A stretch of 63,601 nt of DNA, the filler included, from Pelomyxa schiedti (taxonomy: Eukaryota > Protista > Evosea), in the NCBI GenBank assembly GCA_020536535.1. It is 11 parts of 11 records of this genome, joined end to end, with 100 filler letters (N's around TTAATTAATTAA, not from the genome) between each part and the next. Parts side by side here need not be neighbours in the genome. Positions count along the whole stretch, not along the records: positions 37,946 to 59,804 come from JAHLWZ010000045.1; positions 59,905 to 61,201 come from JAHLWZ010002611.1; positions 61,302 to 63,601 come from JAHLWZ010002042.1; 8 more parts are not named here. One strand, 5' to 3'. The translations under genes and the position numbers were made by a program. The number at the start of each line of letters is the position of its first letter. Within the stretch, counting starts at the first letter, position 1. The notes beneath the pieces are model-generated. The model searched no databases. It worked only from the letters and a program-made list of their open reading frames with translations, and was not told the origin of the DNA. Positions 51,650 through 63,601 of this stretch are shown here, in pieces.

Positions 51650-54600
51650 TTATGGGGACACGCAAACCTCATACACCTCCACTTTTGCCTCCCTCCCGCG
51701 AATGCTGATCTCACCCTTGGATTCCATATTGAATCTTCCAGCAACGACGGTGTAAACGCTCTCTGAGACGAGAAGCTTGGTGCCCAGCTCCCGGTTCAGT
51801 TGTTCAAGTCTCGCTGTGGAATTATCAGACGGCGATGCTTACATGGGGTCTTGTTGTTTTGTGGGAGCTGGGAATTTACCGGCTACGTTTACAGTGTCAC
51901 CAAGGATTGTGTAATCAAACCTCTCAGGTGACCCAAAGTTTCCGGCAAGAACCCTTCCTGTGTTGATTCCCGCTCGGAATTGCAGTTCCGGAAGACCCTG
52001 TTTTGTGGTGAGTTGAGTTTTTTATTGGGTTATTTTTTAACCTTGATTGCATTCTCTTTGTTGAGCTTGTCAAGTTCCTCGAAACACCTGAGAACCGCAT
52101 TGATTGCCTTGAAAGCGTGGTCATCGCAGTGGTGAGGGTGATTCCAGAATGACATGATACAATCCTGCATAGCGTAGGGTGAGATGCAAAATAACCGACT
52201 GTGAAATACCCCAATGAACTTATCGAGGGTTGCACCTTCTGAAATGAGAACCTGGCACATTCGTTGCATGAACAAACTCAGAAGAGTCACCAGTGTGCTT
52301 GGTGCTAGTTTCTACGTGTTGGGGTGAGATTGAAGCGAACCATTGGGAAAATTAATCTGACCTCACAAAGACTGGTGAATCCCACAACATCCATGAAAAC
52401 AACCTTGAAAACAGGTTTGAGATTGGAAGAGAGGACAGGAGTTGAGAGCACACAGTGACAGAATGCCTCTCGAGGTAAAGTGATGACATTTTGTTGTCAC
52501 CATCAAGCAGTTGGCGAACAACACCAGCTGAAACGTAACTGCAAATGTTATTTTGGTGGGAAATTGTGTCTCGGTGATCAGAGAATTATAGTCACACACC
52601 GACTGAAAGCGTGGATTCCTTGTTTCATTGCCATGTAATCTCGGAGCATTGAGTGCAACTCGGTGAACACGCTCACTGTTCGTCCGAGTGGTTTGAACCT
52701 CAATTTCGAGAGGTTTTGCATATCTGGAAAGTGATATCAGCCGGTGTAAGGCGAGGAAGAGAACTGTGACAGACCTTTTGTAAGATGCCTCAAGGGAAGA
52801 ACGAGCAACACTGCCAGTATAACCGCCAGAACAACACTGGCGAATACACTACACACAAACACAATAATACTGACTCGGTTTCCTTCCTCGATAGTTTTTG
52901 TCATTTCTGAGCTTGGAATAGCTGTGAATCCGCACCATGTACGCTGCCCGGCTGCAATATCTTTTCAGAAGTGTAAGTAAAGGTATAAATGAAGAACAGC
53001 AATATACGAGCAATGGCGACAGTGTATGTGCTCTTGTTTAGATTAAGACGGAACTGCGTCGAATCTGAGATGTTGGCACAGCCTCCTCGGGCGTCAATTT
53101 GACGAGCGATAGCGGAAACAACAGCGTTATCGCTGCTGTTAGCAAGTAAAGGAGCATCGCGAAGTGCTTTGGAAGTGTTAATACTGACAGGAGAGGGGGA
53201 GTTAACTTGTAGGATTGATTGTGACGACAGTTCCATTGGAAGTTCCAAGAAGGTAACCATCTTGCGTTGTGACATAAATTACGTTCTTTCCCGCTGCAAT
53301 CTATTGAATACAGTTATAAAAGGCGTCAGTACGACGGTACTTACCTCGCGAAGATCGTCTGATAAGGATGTCACTGTTTTGGCTCCCTGGACAACACCCA
53401 GAAGTTGTCCACTCGAACTCATGTCTACTATCTATAAGGAAAAGGTACTCGGAAAAAGTGGATCGCATACAAGGATGGTATGAGGATATTGTTACAATTG
53501 GAGCTTGAGCAGTAACTACCTAAGCAGAAGATGTTAAAGAAAAGTATAATAATTATGATAATACGAAAAGGAACACCTTTCCCCAGTTTGGTACGCCACG
53601 CAGCATGTCTGGGTACACACCATCACTGATTACCTTCCCGTAGGAAGAGTATGCTGTGGTTGCAACTGGTGACACCAGGAGACCTTCTTCATTGGTCTCC
53701 GCGTCAACGAGATAAAAATTAAGACCCTCTGTTGCATTTCTCTTGCGTGCACAGTTTGCCTTGAGCGGATGTGAGACTGAAACGGGAAAAATTCTCGGAT
53801 ACATACAGCAGTGACGGAACCATAATAATCAGTGCATATCATTGTGATGTTTGGGGCACGGAGGTAAATGGAACCAATTCTTCAGAATGAAAGATATAAG
53901 AACTAAAACAGCAGACAGAGTTAAGTTGCATACGGGGAAGTTATTGCGAAGTGGACGTAACGGAGCCGAAGTTCGCTGACCCATTGTGCATAATCGTTCA
54001 TATCAATGTGTCGGTATCGTATCCAATCAACCTTGGTAACTGTGAGGGAAAAAAGGCGTGGAAGTGAACGGGGCGAAAAAAAGTGCACCTCGGCAGCGAG
54101 ACTGGTGTCTACTTCATTCACGATACCGTCCACAATATCGTGCACATTTTTCGAGAGAGAATCCACAAGGCTGTGGGAAATCGCGTTGATACTCGAATCC
54201 GCTTTCTGGTAAGAAGTTGCCCACACGATGCTACACGGTGTCACCACCAGTAGAATCTACATCATTCCGTGCGATATCAGGTGAGCAGAAACACAAGTGA
54301 AAAGAAAAAAGAAAGAAAGACCAACAAAAACCAACAAACAAACGAGAGCAATGTTGGGTGCAGCACATACGGAAGTTATTATTAGCACCACACTGAAAGG
54401 AATCGACATTGAGCAATCATTACAGAATCCCCTGGAGTGTCCCGCGGATTTTCCGCCGCTTATTCTCCTGGCCTCCCTCATGCTGGCGTCGTCGTCGCAC
54501 ACTTCCTGCTCGTACTCCCGGGCGAACACGCTCGGCGGGATGGTTAGCTCAACTCCTCTGAGGCCACTGTTCACACTGCCATTATGGGAGTCCATGGCCC

Positions 54601-54676
54601 CGCCGTCGTGGCTGCTGCGGGGCTCTATTTCCACGTCCTCGTCGGAAAAGGTGGGTTGTACTTTGCCCTTGCGCAT
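51650..54676 (-). CDS. Receptor-type class III adenylate cyclase, tandem copy A
   Basis: TM, Cache-like sensor ([17 protein letters not shown]), [55 protein letters not shown]. Confidence 0.9.
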
Positions 54677-55182
54677 TGTGATTTTTCTTTATGGATACAC
54701 TACAATTCCTACAACAACACCAGACTCAAACAGCAGAGCTGCGCGCTGGTTGGTACTTTTGGGAAAATGTTTGTTGTTTGGTGGAGGGAACGGCGGTGTG
54801 CTTGATTTTTGTTGGGTTTTTTCAGTTTCTTCGTGCCTGGTGCTCGATCAAAGTGCGGGAGAAGAAACGCCTTTCGCGAAGAGCCGCTTGATTCAAATTC
54901 GATCAACAGAAGGGGCAGCAACCGACATCCGGCTGTTCAAAAAAGGAACCAACAGGACCGAAAACCACAGCCACTAACCAGTGTGACTTGTTGTTCGTCA
55001 AAGAGCAATCAAACGTGCAACTTGGTAACAAGAGAAAAAACAAAACTTCTTTTTTTTTCTGGAGGCCTCACAGTAGCGCTACTGAACTTCCAAAAAGTTC
55101 TTGCTGTGACAACAGTTGGCGTTTCTCATTTCTTGATGTCCCTCACCTGTTGCACGGTATCAACTCGTCTCGCACAATATAT

Positions 55183-58100
55183 TTAGAATGACGATGGTGC
55201 CGATGGCGGGGTTATCTCATACACCTCAACTTTTGCCTCCCTCCCGCGAATGCTGATCTCGCCCTTGGGTTGTGCCTTTACTCGGCCGGCAACTACGTTG
55301 TAAACGCTCTCTGATATGAGGAGCCTGGTGCCCAGCTCTCGGTTCAGTTGTTCAAGTCTCGCTGTTTGAGAGGAAAGGTAAGTGAGGGGAAGGGAAGATA
55401 ATTAATTTGAGGGGAGGGAATTTTGCCGGTATTGGAGCTGGGAATTTACCGGCTACGTTTACAGTGTCACCAAGGATTGTGTAATCAAACCTCTCAGGTG
55501 ACCCAAAGTTTCCGGCAAGAACCCTTCCTGTGTTGATTCCCGCTCGGAATTGCANNNNNNNNNNNNNNNNNNNNNNNNNNNNNNNNNNNNNNNNNNNNNN
55601 NNNNNNNNNNNNNNNNNNNNNNNNNNNNNNNNNNNNNNNNNNNNNNNNNNNNNNCGGCTACGTTTACAGTGTCACCAAGGATTGTGTAATCAAACCTCTC
55701 AGGTGACCCAAAGTTTCCGGCAAGAACCCTTCCTGTGTTGATTCCCGCTCGGAATTGCAGTTCCGGAAGACCCTGCATTCTAGGTTGAATACTTAACTGG
55801 CTTTTGGCTTAAACGGACCTTTATAGAGTTTTCTTTGTTGAGCTTGTCAAGTTCCTCGAAACAATGGAGAACTGCATTTATGGCTCTGTATGCGTGGTCA
55901 TCACAGGGGTGAGGGTGATTCCAGAATGACATGATACAATCCTGGTGGCAAATAAGGAACTTGTGACAAATAGGGAAAAATACCCCAATGAACTTATCGA
56001 CTGTGGCACCTTCTGAAATGAGAACCTGGCACATTCGTTGCATGAACAAACTCAGAAGAGTCACCAAAGTGCTTGGCGCTAGTTTCTGAATGAATCGTAA
56101 AAATATGAATAACATGTTTGGAAATATTGCACACTTCACAAAGACTGGTGAATCCAACAACATCCATGAAAACAACCTTGAAAACAGGTTTGAGATTGGA
56201 AGAGAGTACAGGAGTTGAGAACACACAGTGACAGAATGCCTCTCGAGATAAAGTGACGACATCTTATCGTCACCATCAAGCAGTTGGCGAACAACACCAG
56301 CTGAAACATATCTGTCGGCGTACGTAAATGAATCATCGACCAGCGGGGCGCAAGAAGAAAAAAGGCACACACCGACTGAAAGCGTGGATTCCTTGTTTCA
56401 TTGCCATGTAATCGCGGAGCATTGAGTGCAACTCGGTGAAGACGCTCACTGTTCGTCCGAGTGGTTTGAACCTCAACTTCGAGAGGTTCTGCATATCTGC
56501 ATTTAATGAATGAGATATAAGGAAATAGAGTGATGTGAACTAAACTAACCTTTTGCGAGATGCCTCAAGGGGATAACCAGCAACACTGCCAATACCACCG
56601 CCATGACAACACTAGCAGCAATACTGCACACAAACACAATGATGCTGACTCTGTTTCCATCCTCAATGGTCTTCATCATTTCGGAGCTTGGAATTGCAGC
56701 AAATCCACACCATACACGCTGGCCAACAGGGATATCTGGCAATTTATTTAAAAGAAAGCAGGCGTAATGGGTCGGCATACGAGCGATTGCAATTGTGTAA
56801 GTACTCTCATTGACTTTAAGGTGAATCTGCTTCATCTCCGTCATGTTTGCACAACCACCTTGTGCATCAATTGCCTGTGCAATGGCCGCAACAACAGCGT
56901 TGTCACTACTGTTCGCAAGTAGAGGTGCATCTGCAAGGGCTGAGAAATCGTGAGTGTGTCATTCTTTAAGATGATAAAAGCAGCGGTACTTGTTGGATTG
57001 ATCGTTACAACACTTCCATTGGAAGTTCCAAGAAGATAACCATCCTGAGTTGTGACATAAATCACATTCTTTCCCGCGGCAATCTTTCCGGGTCAATATT
57101 GAATTGTGTGATATGTGAGTTGTACCTCACGAAGATTTTCAGACAGACCAGTCACAGTTTTTGCACCTTGAACAACCCCAAGAAGCTTTCCACTTGGGCT
57201 CATATCTGTCACAGTGTGATGAGAGAAATGTCACCTGAAAGGAAAAAGAATCACACACAGGGATGATAAGATGAGATTGTGACAATCGGGTTCTGGGCTG
57301 TCACAACNNNNNNNNNNNNNNNNNNNNNNNNNNNNNNNNNNNNNNNNNNNNNNNNNNNNNNNNNNNNNNNNNNNNNNNNNNNNNNNNNNNNNNNNNNNNN
57401 NNNNNNNTTTCCACTTGGGCTCATATCTGTCACAGTGTGATGAGAGAAATGTCACCTGAAAGGAAAAAGAATCACACACAGGGATGATAAGATGAGATTG
57501 TGACAATCGGGTTCTGGGCTGTCACAACCTGATTTGAGAGACAACAGTCAGCGCAAGTCAATATTTCTCAAGGAAGGAGGAAAGAAAAAACCTTTCCCCA
57601 GTTGGGAGTCCCACTCAACATGTCTGGGTAAACTCCATCACTGGTGACCTTTCCATATGAGGAATATGTCGTCTTGGAAACTGGTGACAGTCGGATTCCT
57701 TCCGTGTTTGTCGCGGCATCAACAAGGAAAAAGTTGAGTCCATCAGTGGAGTTGGTCTTGCGTGCACAGTTTGCCTTCAGTGATTGAGTTGAAAAAAAAA
57801 AAAAGGCATTGGCATACACCAGTCTGTGAATTGTTGTGACGTGTGCATATCATTGTGAGGTTTGGTGAGCGAAGGTAAATAGAACCAATCCTAGGAAAAA
57901 AAGGGAGGCTTCAGTTCATTTAATATTGTTTTTTAACAGCATACGATGAAGTGATGGCAAAGTGGACATATCTAGGTCGCAGAACATTCACCCACTGTGA
58001 ATACACATTCATATTTATATCCCGAAATCGAAGCCACTCGACCTTGTTCTTTTAGGAACATTCCAAAAGAAAACAAAAAAAAAAAACAAAAAAAACCAGT

Positions 58101-58726
58101 CACACCTCGGCAGCAAGTGAGTTGTCAACTTCGGTCACGATACCATCCACGATATCGTGCACATTTTTCGAGAGAGATTCAACCAAGTTCTCCGAGATGG
58201 CATTTATGCTCGTATCTGCCTTTTGATACGAAGTAGCCCACACAATGCTACACGGTGTAACCACAAGTACTACCTACAAAGGTTCTTAGTATCCCACCAT
58301 TTCATTTCCAACAACAAAAACAAAAATTCTGAGATGATATAAAAAAAAAAAAAAAAACATCAAGAAGCAGGAAATACGCACGGCGGCAATAATCAACACT
58401 ACGCTGAATGGGACTGACACAGAGCAGTTGTGTTGGGCGCCTCTTTTTCCGCCGCTTATTCTCCTGGCCTCCCTCATGCTGGCGTCGTCGTCGCACACCT
58501 CCTGCTCGTACTCCCGGGCGAACACGCTCGGCGGGATGGCGACCATCTTGAACGCGCTGTTGCCGCTCGTGGTGCTGCTCCCCCCGTCGTACTCGTCGCG
58601 GTCGCCGCCGTTGTTGTTGTTTGCCGTCGTCGCGGCGTCGCCTTCGTCGGCACCGCACTCTCCGTCGTGGCGTAGATCTTGGTTGCTGTCATGCGGTTGC
58701 ACTTTGTTGTTGGTGGTAAGCGGCAT
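55183..58726 (-). CDS. Receptor-type class III adenylate cyclase, tandem copy B (two scaffold gaps inside)
   Basis: Same exon layout and catalytic motifs as copy A. Confidence 0.9.
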
Positions 58727-59061
58727 CGTCTGTCTGGTGTGTGACGAAAGATCTTAGAAAGAAAACGTGCCTTTTTTTGTTAGTTCTGCAAAATGCCTCG
58801 AGCGAAAACAATTTAGTTGGTTGTTTTGGTTTTCGTGCACGTCTCCAATTTTCACGTTGGTTCGTTGAACTAACTGTGAACCTCCCGGTTAGGGTTTAAT
58901 GGAATGATATTCACTAGCAGAGAGTGATGAGAGGCCCGGTACTGTCACAATCTTTGATCCATTTTTTTAGTGTTCCTGGTTGTTGTGTTCGATGCGATGA
59001 AGAAACAAACGAGGTTGGTTTTGCTTAAAATGAACTTTATCCTGGGTTCTTCTATTTGATT

Positions 59062-59804
59062 TTATGGCACAACTACTTCATACACCTCAACTTTTGCTTC
59101 CCTTCCTCTTATACTGACTTCGCCCTTGGCTTGCATATTTACACGGCCAGCAACCAAGTTGCAAACATTCTCTGATATAAGAAGCTTGGTTCCAAGCTCT
59201 CTGTTGAGCTGCTCAAGCCTCGCTTTTTTTTTTTTGTTAGCTTGTGGTTTGATAGAAAGAAAAGCCATACCGGCTACGTTTACAGTGTCACCAAGGATTG
59301 TGTAATCAAACCTCTCAGGTGACCCAAAGTTTCCGGCAAGAACCCTTCCTGTGTTGATTCCCGCTCGGAATTGCAGTTCTGGAAGACCCTGTTTTGTGCC
59401 TTAGGAATCAAGGATTGGGAACGAAACCAACCTTTTTGGCATTCTCTTGGTTGAGCTTTTCCAGTTCCTCGAAACACCTGAGAACGGCGTGTATGGCTCT
59501 GTATGCGTGGTCATCGCAGGGGTGAGGGTGATTCCAGAATGACATGATGCAATCCTGAAACCCAATCAATGAACTTTTAATTTTCAGAAAGGAGGGGAGA
59601 ATTACCCCAATGAACTTATCAAGTGTTGCACCTTCTGAAATGAGAACCTGGCACATTCGTTGCATGAACAAACTCAAAAGAGTCACCAGAGTGTTTGGTG
59701 CTAATTTCTGAATGTGTTGGTGAGATTGAACTGAACCATTGGGTTGATTTGAGTCTGACCTCGCAAAGACTTGTGAATCCCACAACATCCATGAACACAA
59801 CCTT
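59062..59804 (-). CDS. Class III adenylate cyclase, tandem copy C, catalytic 3' part only
   Basis: [46 protein letters not shown]. Confidence 0.88.
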
Positions 59805-59904
59805 NNNNNNNNNNNNNNNNNNNNNNNNNNNNNNNNNNNNNNNNNNNNTTAATTAATTAANNNNNNNNNNNNNNNNNNNNNNNNNNNNNNNNNNNNNNNN
59901 NNNN

Positions 59905-60269
59905 AGTGACAGTTATTAATTCTGACTAAGGTGATGCCTACGTCGAATTCTCCACTGAGGACTTAGCAACTAGGGCACTTCTCTCCAGAAATAAAGCCGT
60001 AATGGAATTAACCTGATAATTGTAATCGGTGGTTGGGTCACATAGAGCTGAGAGGGAGGGGCGGGGGCGGGGGACGGCGGCGGCGGCACCGCGGGAGGGG
60101 CCGCGGGTGCGTGTTGCATCTGCGGAGGGTGGTGCACTTGGTGGGGCCCCTGCGGCTGAGTGGCGGAAGGCGTGGTCGAGGCCGGCGCAGGGCTTGGCTG
60201 GGGAACAACTAGGGTAGCCGCGCTGCAATACGACGTAGGAAGACTTTCGGTACTGCAAGGGGTGCTCAT
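59905..60269 (-). CDS. Hypothetical protein with Pro-rich N-terminus, 3' truncated
   Basis: GC-rich ATG-initiated ORF heading toward the contig end; no recognised domain. Confidence 0.35.
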
Positions 60270-61301
60270 AACAACAACGTAACCACTTTTATTTTGATAC
60301 AATCAAAAGCCCTTTTTCAAATCAGACTGGCTGAATGTAAGCTGTGTTGTGTTGAAGGGGGAAGAAGCAAAAACCACCCAAAAGTGTGGGGAGTGAAACG
60401 AACCAAACACCCACAAGAACCCAGAACAAAAAAGAAGCACACAAAAAGGTGGTCAAAAAAGAAGCCACCACATTGGGGATTGCCCTCCTCCTTCCTTACA
60501 AGGAACCACTCATCCAGATACCTTCAAATGTTCCCGCCAAACAGAGGTGATTTTTATCGACGCATCATCTACTCAGAATAGTTTCATCCTTGAATTGCTC
60601 CAAAGAAGAAGAGAAATAACCGCAGTGCAGCAAGCAACCCTCGAGCTGAAATCACAAACTGCTGCACTTGAAAAGGCACTTACTGTTCTTCAAGATAAGG
60701 TGAAGCATAAGAGGGTAGTTCGCTTTCTAATAAGTATGTACTCGTCCTGATTTGCCACACTCTTATTTTCTGCACTTGAGGCATTGGATTGTTGGACTCA
60801 GAAGCAAAGAAGGTGAAGGTAGCCACTTTGAAATTCCTTTAAGGAAGGGGCGTCAAGGGCCTCAGTGGGAAAACTGGCCTTCACTCATATATATATATCT
60901 AGTGGACGAAATAAGCCAAGAGTGGACGGACAAAATTTGTACACAAACCTCCGGCACTTGGGGCTGATATAATCACGTTTGGAAGTTACCCAACAAGACA
61001 AAAAAAGTTCGAGGGTTAAAACAAAAAAAAATCGTTTCACTCATCTAGCCTAGTTAATTCTGTTGAAACTGTGTGTAATGAGAGGAATGGGTTTAATGAA
61101 TGGTTGTTACATTTTTGTTCGTGGAGTTTCTGGAAAGTGCCGCTAGAGCCTGACTAGTTTTGTTATGGACCATCCACACAGTTGCATGGTGCCTGTGCCT
61201 TNNNNNNNNNNNNNNNNNNNNNNNNNNNNNNNNNNNNNNNNNNNNTTAATTAATTAANNNNNNNNNNNNNNNNNNNNNNNNNNNNNNNNNNNNNNNNNNN
61301 N

Positions 61302-62417
61302 ATAGTTAGGCACATAGGGGAAGAGTGGGTGGTGGCCACTGACAGGGTGGTCACAGTGAGGGTGATGGGGAGGGTGGTGTGTGGTGATGCTATGAGGACT
61401 GTGTGGTTCGAGGTGTCACACACCCTGGGGGTGGTTACTATGCCTAGGGTAATTGGTGGTGCGGGGGACATTCAGGTAGTCTATGGGTGGATTGGGCGTG
61501 ATAGAGCTGTGGTGGGTATGAGGGGTGAGCCGGCCGATATCTGCTGCGTGAATGTGAATGAGAGGAGGGGGAAGGATGGTAAGGATTCCGAAATGGATGA
61601 TAATTATGATTCCGGGTCATCCGCATTGGAACCGGTGGTTGTGAATAGTACGGAAGAGCGGAGGAATGAGAATGGGGAGTTGGATGCATCGATTCTGACA
61701 AGAGTGCGGTGCCCGGGCGGAGCTTGGCACTGGAGGAGTGTGAATGAGAAGTGGGTTGTTCTATTGGGAGATGGAATTCTTACTATATGGAGCACAGTGG
61801 AGGGAGCCGGGGATGACCAAATAGTCAGTGCGGTGATTAGTGAAATTTCTGACATGGAAGTAAAGAGGTTCGATTTCATGAATCAGAAGCCCAGTTGTAG
61901 CGTTGCGGTTCTTATAGCGAAGGAGTGCGGCAAGGACCGGCTCGTTATATTGTTCATTGACATTGGGAGTACCTTCAGCAGCAAGTCTCTTCAAGTTATA
62001 AAGAGAACATATGCTCAGGAGCCCCGGTATTACCCATCGTTTCTGTGTATATTCCCAACGAAGGGTCAGAGTGACATCATCATCGGCACTAGTTCTGGCC
62101 TCTTCTATCCATCAACAGGCCAAATGATCAAGAAAGGAGGGCCAATTACCAAGATAGATGATTATCACTTTGGAATCCACCGGTCCACAGGCTTCAGCAT
62201 TGAATTCCTAGTGTATGATATTAGGGAAGATATCACAACCAGCACGCCACTTTACCGTCTGACTGAGGCTGTATCACATGTTGCTGGTGGGATGATGATT
62301 TCAAGGGGAGAAAGTACCTCAAAAGTAATGGAGAGCGGTGGGAAGGTATTGCTGGAAGTTCCTAAACTGGGAGATATCTTTTCTTTCAGTGTGGATTACC
62401 TCTCTGAGCTACACTAA
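61302..62417 (+). CDS. Orphan family 2-like beta-rich protein, intronless, 5' truncated
   Basis: 362-aa ORF; IGEEWVV, FEVSHTLGVV, NEKWVV and IDI..T..S..L parallel motifs of the 19639-21230 protein. Confidence 0.65.
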   Translation: MVRHIGEEWVVATDRVVTVRVMGRVVCGDAMRTVWFEVSHTLGVVTMPRVIGGAGDIQVVYGWIGRDRAVVGMRGEPADICCVNVNERRGKDGKDSEMDDNYDSGSSALEPVVVNSTEERRNENGELDASILTRVRCPGGAWHWRSVNEKWVVLLGDGILTIWSTVEGAGDDQIVSAVISEISDMEVKRFDFMNQKPSCSVAVLIAKECGKDRLVILFIDIGSTFSSKSLQVIKRTYAQEPRYYPSFLCIFPTKGQSDIIIGTSSGLFYPSTGQMIKKGGPITKIDDYHFGIHRSTGFSIEFLVYDIREDITTSTPLYRLTEAVSHVAGGMMISRGESTSKVMESGGKVLLEVPKLGDIFSFSVDYLSELH

Positions 62418-62508
62418 AAGAAAGGATTTGGAAGGAGAGTGGTAGATAGGGATTGTCTGATGTAATTTCAAGGATTGTTTTGTTTTTTCGAATACAAACA
62501 AGTTCGGA

Positions 62509-63601
62509 TTAAAAGGAGGATAGTAGTTTCTCAAAATGTGGTCTGGCCACTTTGATATTGCGGCTGGTAGTTGCTGGCACTAAATAGAATGAGAAAATGG
62601 TTTATTGACAACAGCTAACACGTACGCACGGAAGGGTCGCATGTGATAACCATGACACAGGTGTTAGCGGTAAAATTCTCGATAATGGCAGTCAGCCCCT
62701 CTGTCCTTACTTGTATTCCTTGAAGCTGGGATCCGGATTTACTGTTGGACATTAAATAGAGAAGGGAGAAAAGTTAAAGGAACCTGCATATAACTTTGAA
62801 CTGCTTAATGACGTTGCTGACAATTTCGAACCTGTTCGGATCAGTAAAATCAGTACGCGTGGCATGACAGATAACCAAGAAAGTAGTGTTTTCGTACAGA
62901 ACAACTTCATCCGCCTATGGGAATTAATGATGTGCACTGAGTGGGTGAGTTCACACCTCACATATATCACAAAATTTTGATATGCGTTGCTCCAAGACGT
63001 CTATATTTGATATCAAGGAATTTGTAACAGCCGACCAAGCCTGTAAGCAAGTTAACGTTTGTGTTGCTGAGAAGACGTGATACTCTGTAGAGACTGTCAT
63101 CCCAGATGCTGGTAGGAAAACATGTGACTCTAAGGGGGAGTGATACTTGCTTTATCTCGGATTCTTTTTGGTGAAAGACATGCTGCCTCTGTGACTCGTG
63201 AACGCGATCCATCTTATGTACGAGACAAAAGACTTTGGCATTCCTGGAGCCGCGGTGCAGTGCTTCAAGGCACAATCGGTAGTACCGCATGTCTTTCTGC
63301 ATAGCAATTTGATAGGGAAAATCACGAACTGATAGTGTACCGCATACTCGGGACTCTCAATATCAAAGAGGTATATCAAAACCTCAACGTTTTTGAAGAT
63401 GTAATCCTGTTGTCCGCTGAGGAATCCATCCATGTAACTGTCTTGCCTTATTTTTTAATTATTTCTTTGAAGGTCTCAAAGTCCTGGGTAATATACCCTC
63501 CGCAGTCGAGCAGATTGAGAACCAAATTACCTGGTGCAATAAGTAAGAGGTAAAGAAGGTAAGGTTATATTACCCATGAACTTTATATGAGTCTCATCCA
63601 C
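62509..63601 (-). CDS. RRAGA: Rag GTPase of the RagA/B (Gtr1) class, 5' truncated by the window
   Basis: GNLVLNLLDCGGQD, IFKNVEVLIYLFDIES, AKVFCLVHKMD, CFPTSIWDDSLYRAWS, ADEVVLYE..TFLVI, RFE.VSNVIKQFK, NIKVARPHFE. Confidence 0.93.

Noticed and set aside
60500-60880. Small coiled-coil ORF (FILELLQRRREITAV...)
   Set aside because: Could be a real exon, but no start or coherent gene model could be built.
6693-61301. Recurring TTAATTAATTAA motif flanked by Ns
   Set aside because: Artificial six-frame-stop linker between contigs. Gene adjacency across these spacers has no biological meaning.

Overview
Eukaryotic (protist) draft-genome sequence made of 11 separate contigs, joined by artificial 100-bp spacers (44 N + TTAATTAATTAA + 44 N), plus five 100-N scaffold gaps. 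It is gene-dense, uses the standard code, and has very short (mostly about 35-60 nt) GT-AG and some GC-AG introns. The gene content suggests an amoebozoan, possibly an archamoeba such as Pelomyxa (inference, not verifiable here). Conserved genes: ABCC/MRP transporter, PHOSPHO-type HAD phosphatase, DHHC palmitoyltransferase, atypical Rho and Ras GTPases, B-box/TLDc protein, FBXO11-like protein, two glycosyltransferases, XRN1, type III glutamine synthetase, RagA/Gtr1 and tRNA-Glu(TTC). The most unusual content looks like a diversifying sensing/recognition repertoire: (i) a myristoylation-motif kinase ending in six 108-bp Sel1 repeats that are near-identical except at a few non-synonymous codons; (ii) four bacterial-type receptor adenylate cyclases, three of them tandem copies with patchwise-homogenised catalytic parts and divergent sensor domains; (iii) two expanded intron-poor orphan families, one with a mosaic tandem pair; (iv) a TRIM-like ligase ending in an ALK/LTK-type glycine-rich domain. 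There are also several small non-coding repeat families (a ~92-bp hairpin element in four copies near gene ends, a TA-flanked MITE, a 68-bp dispersed repeat, a palindrome array) and possible decayed DNA-transposon fragments. All exon joins were made by eye.
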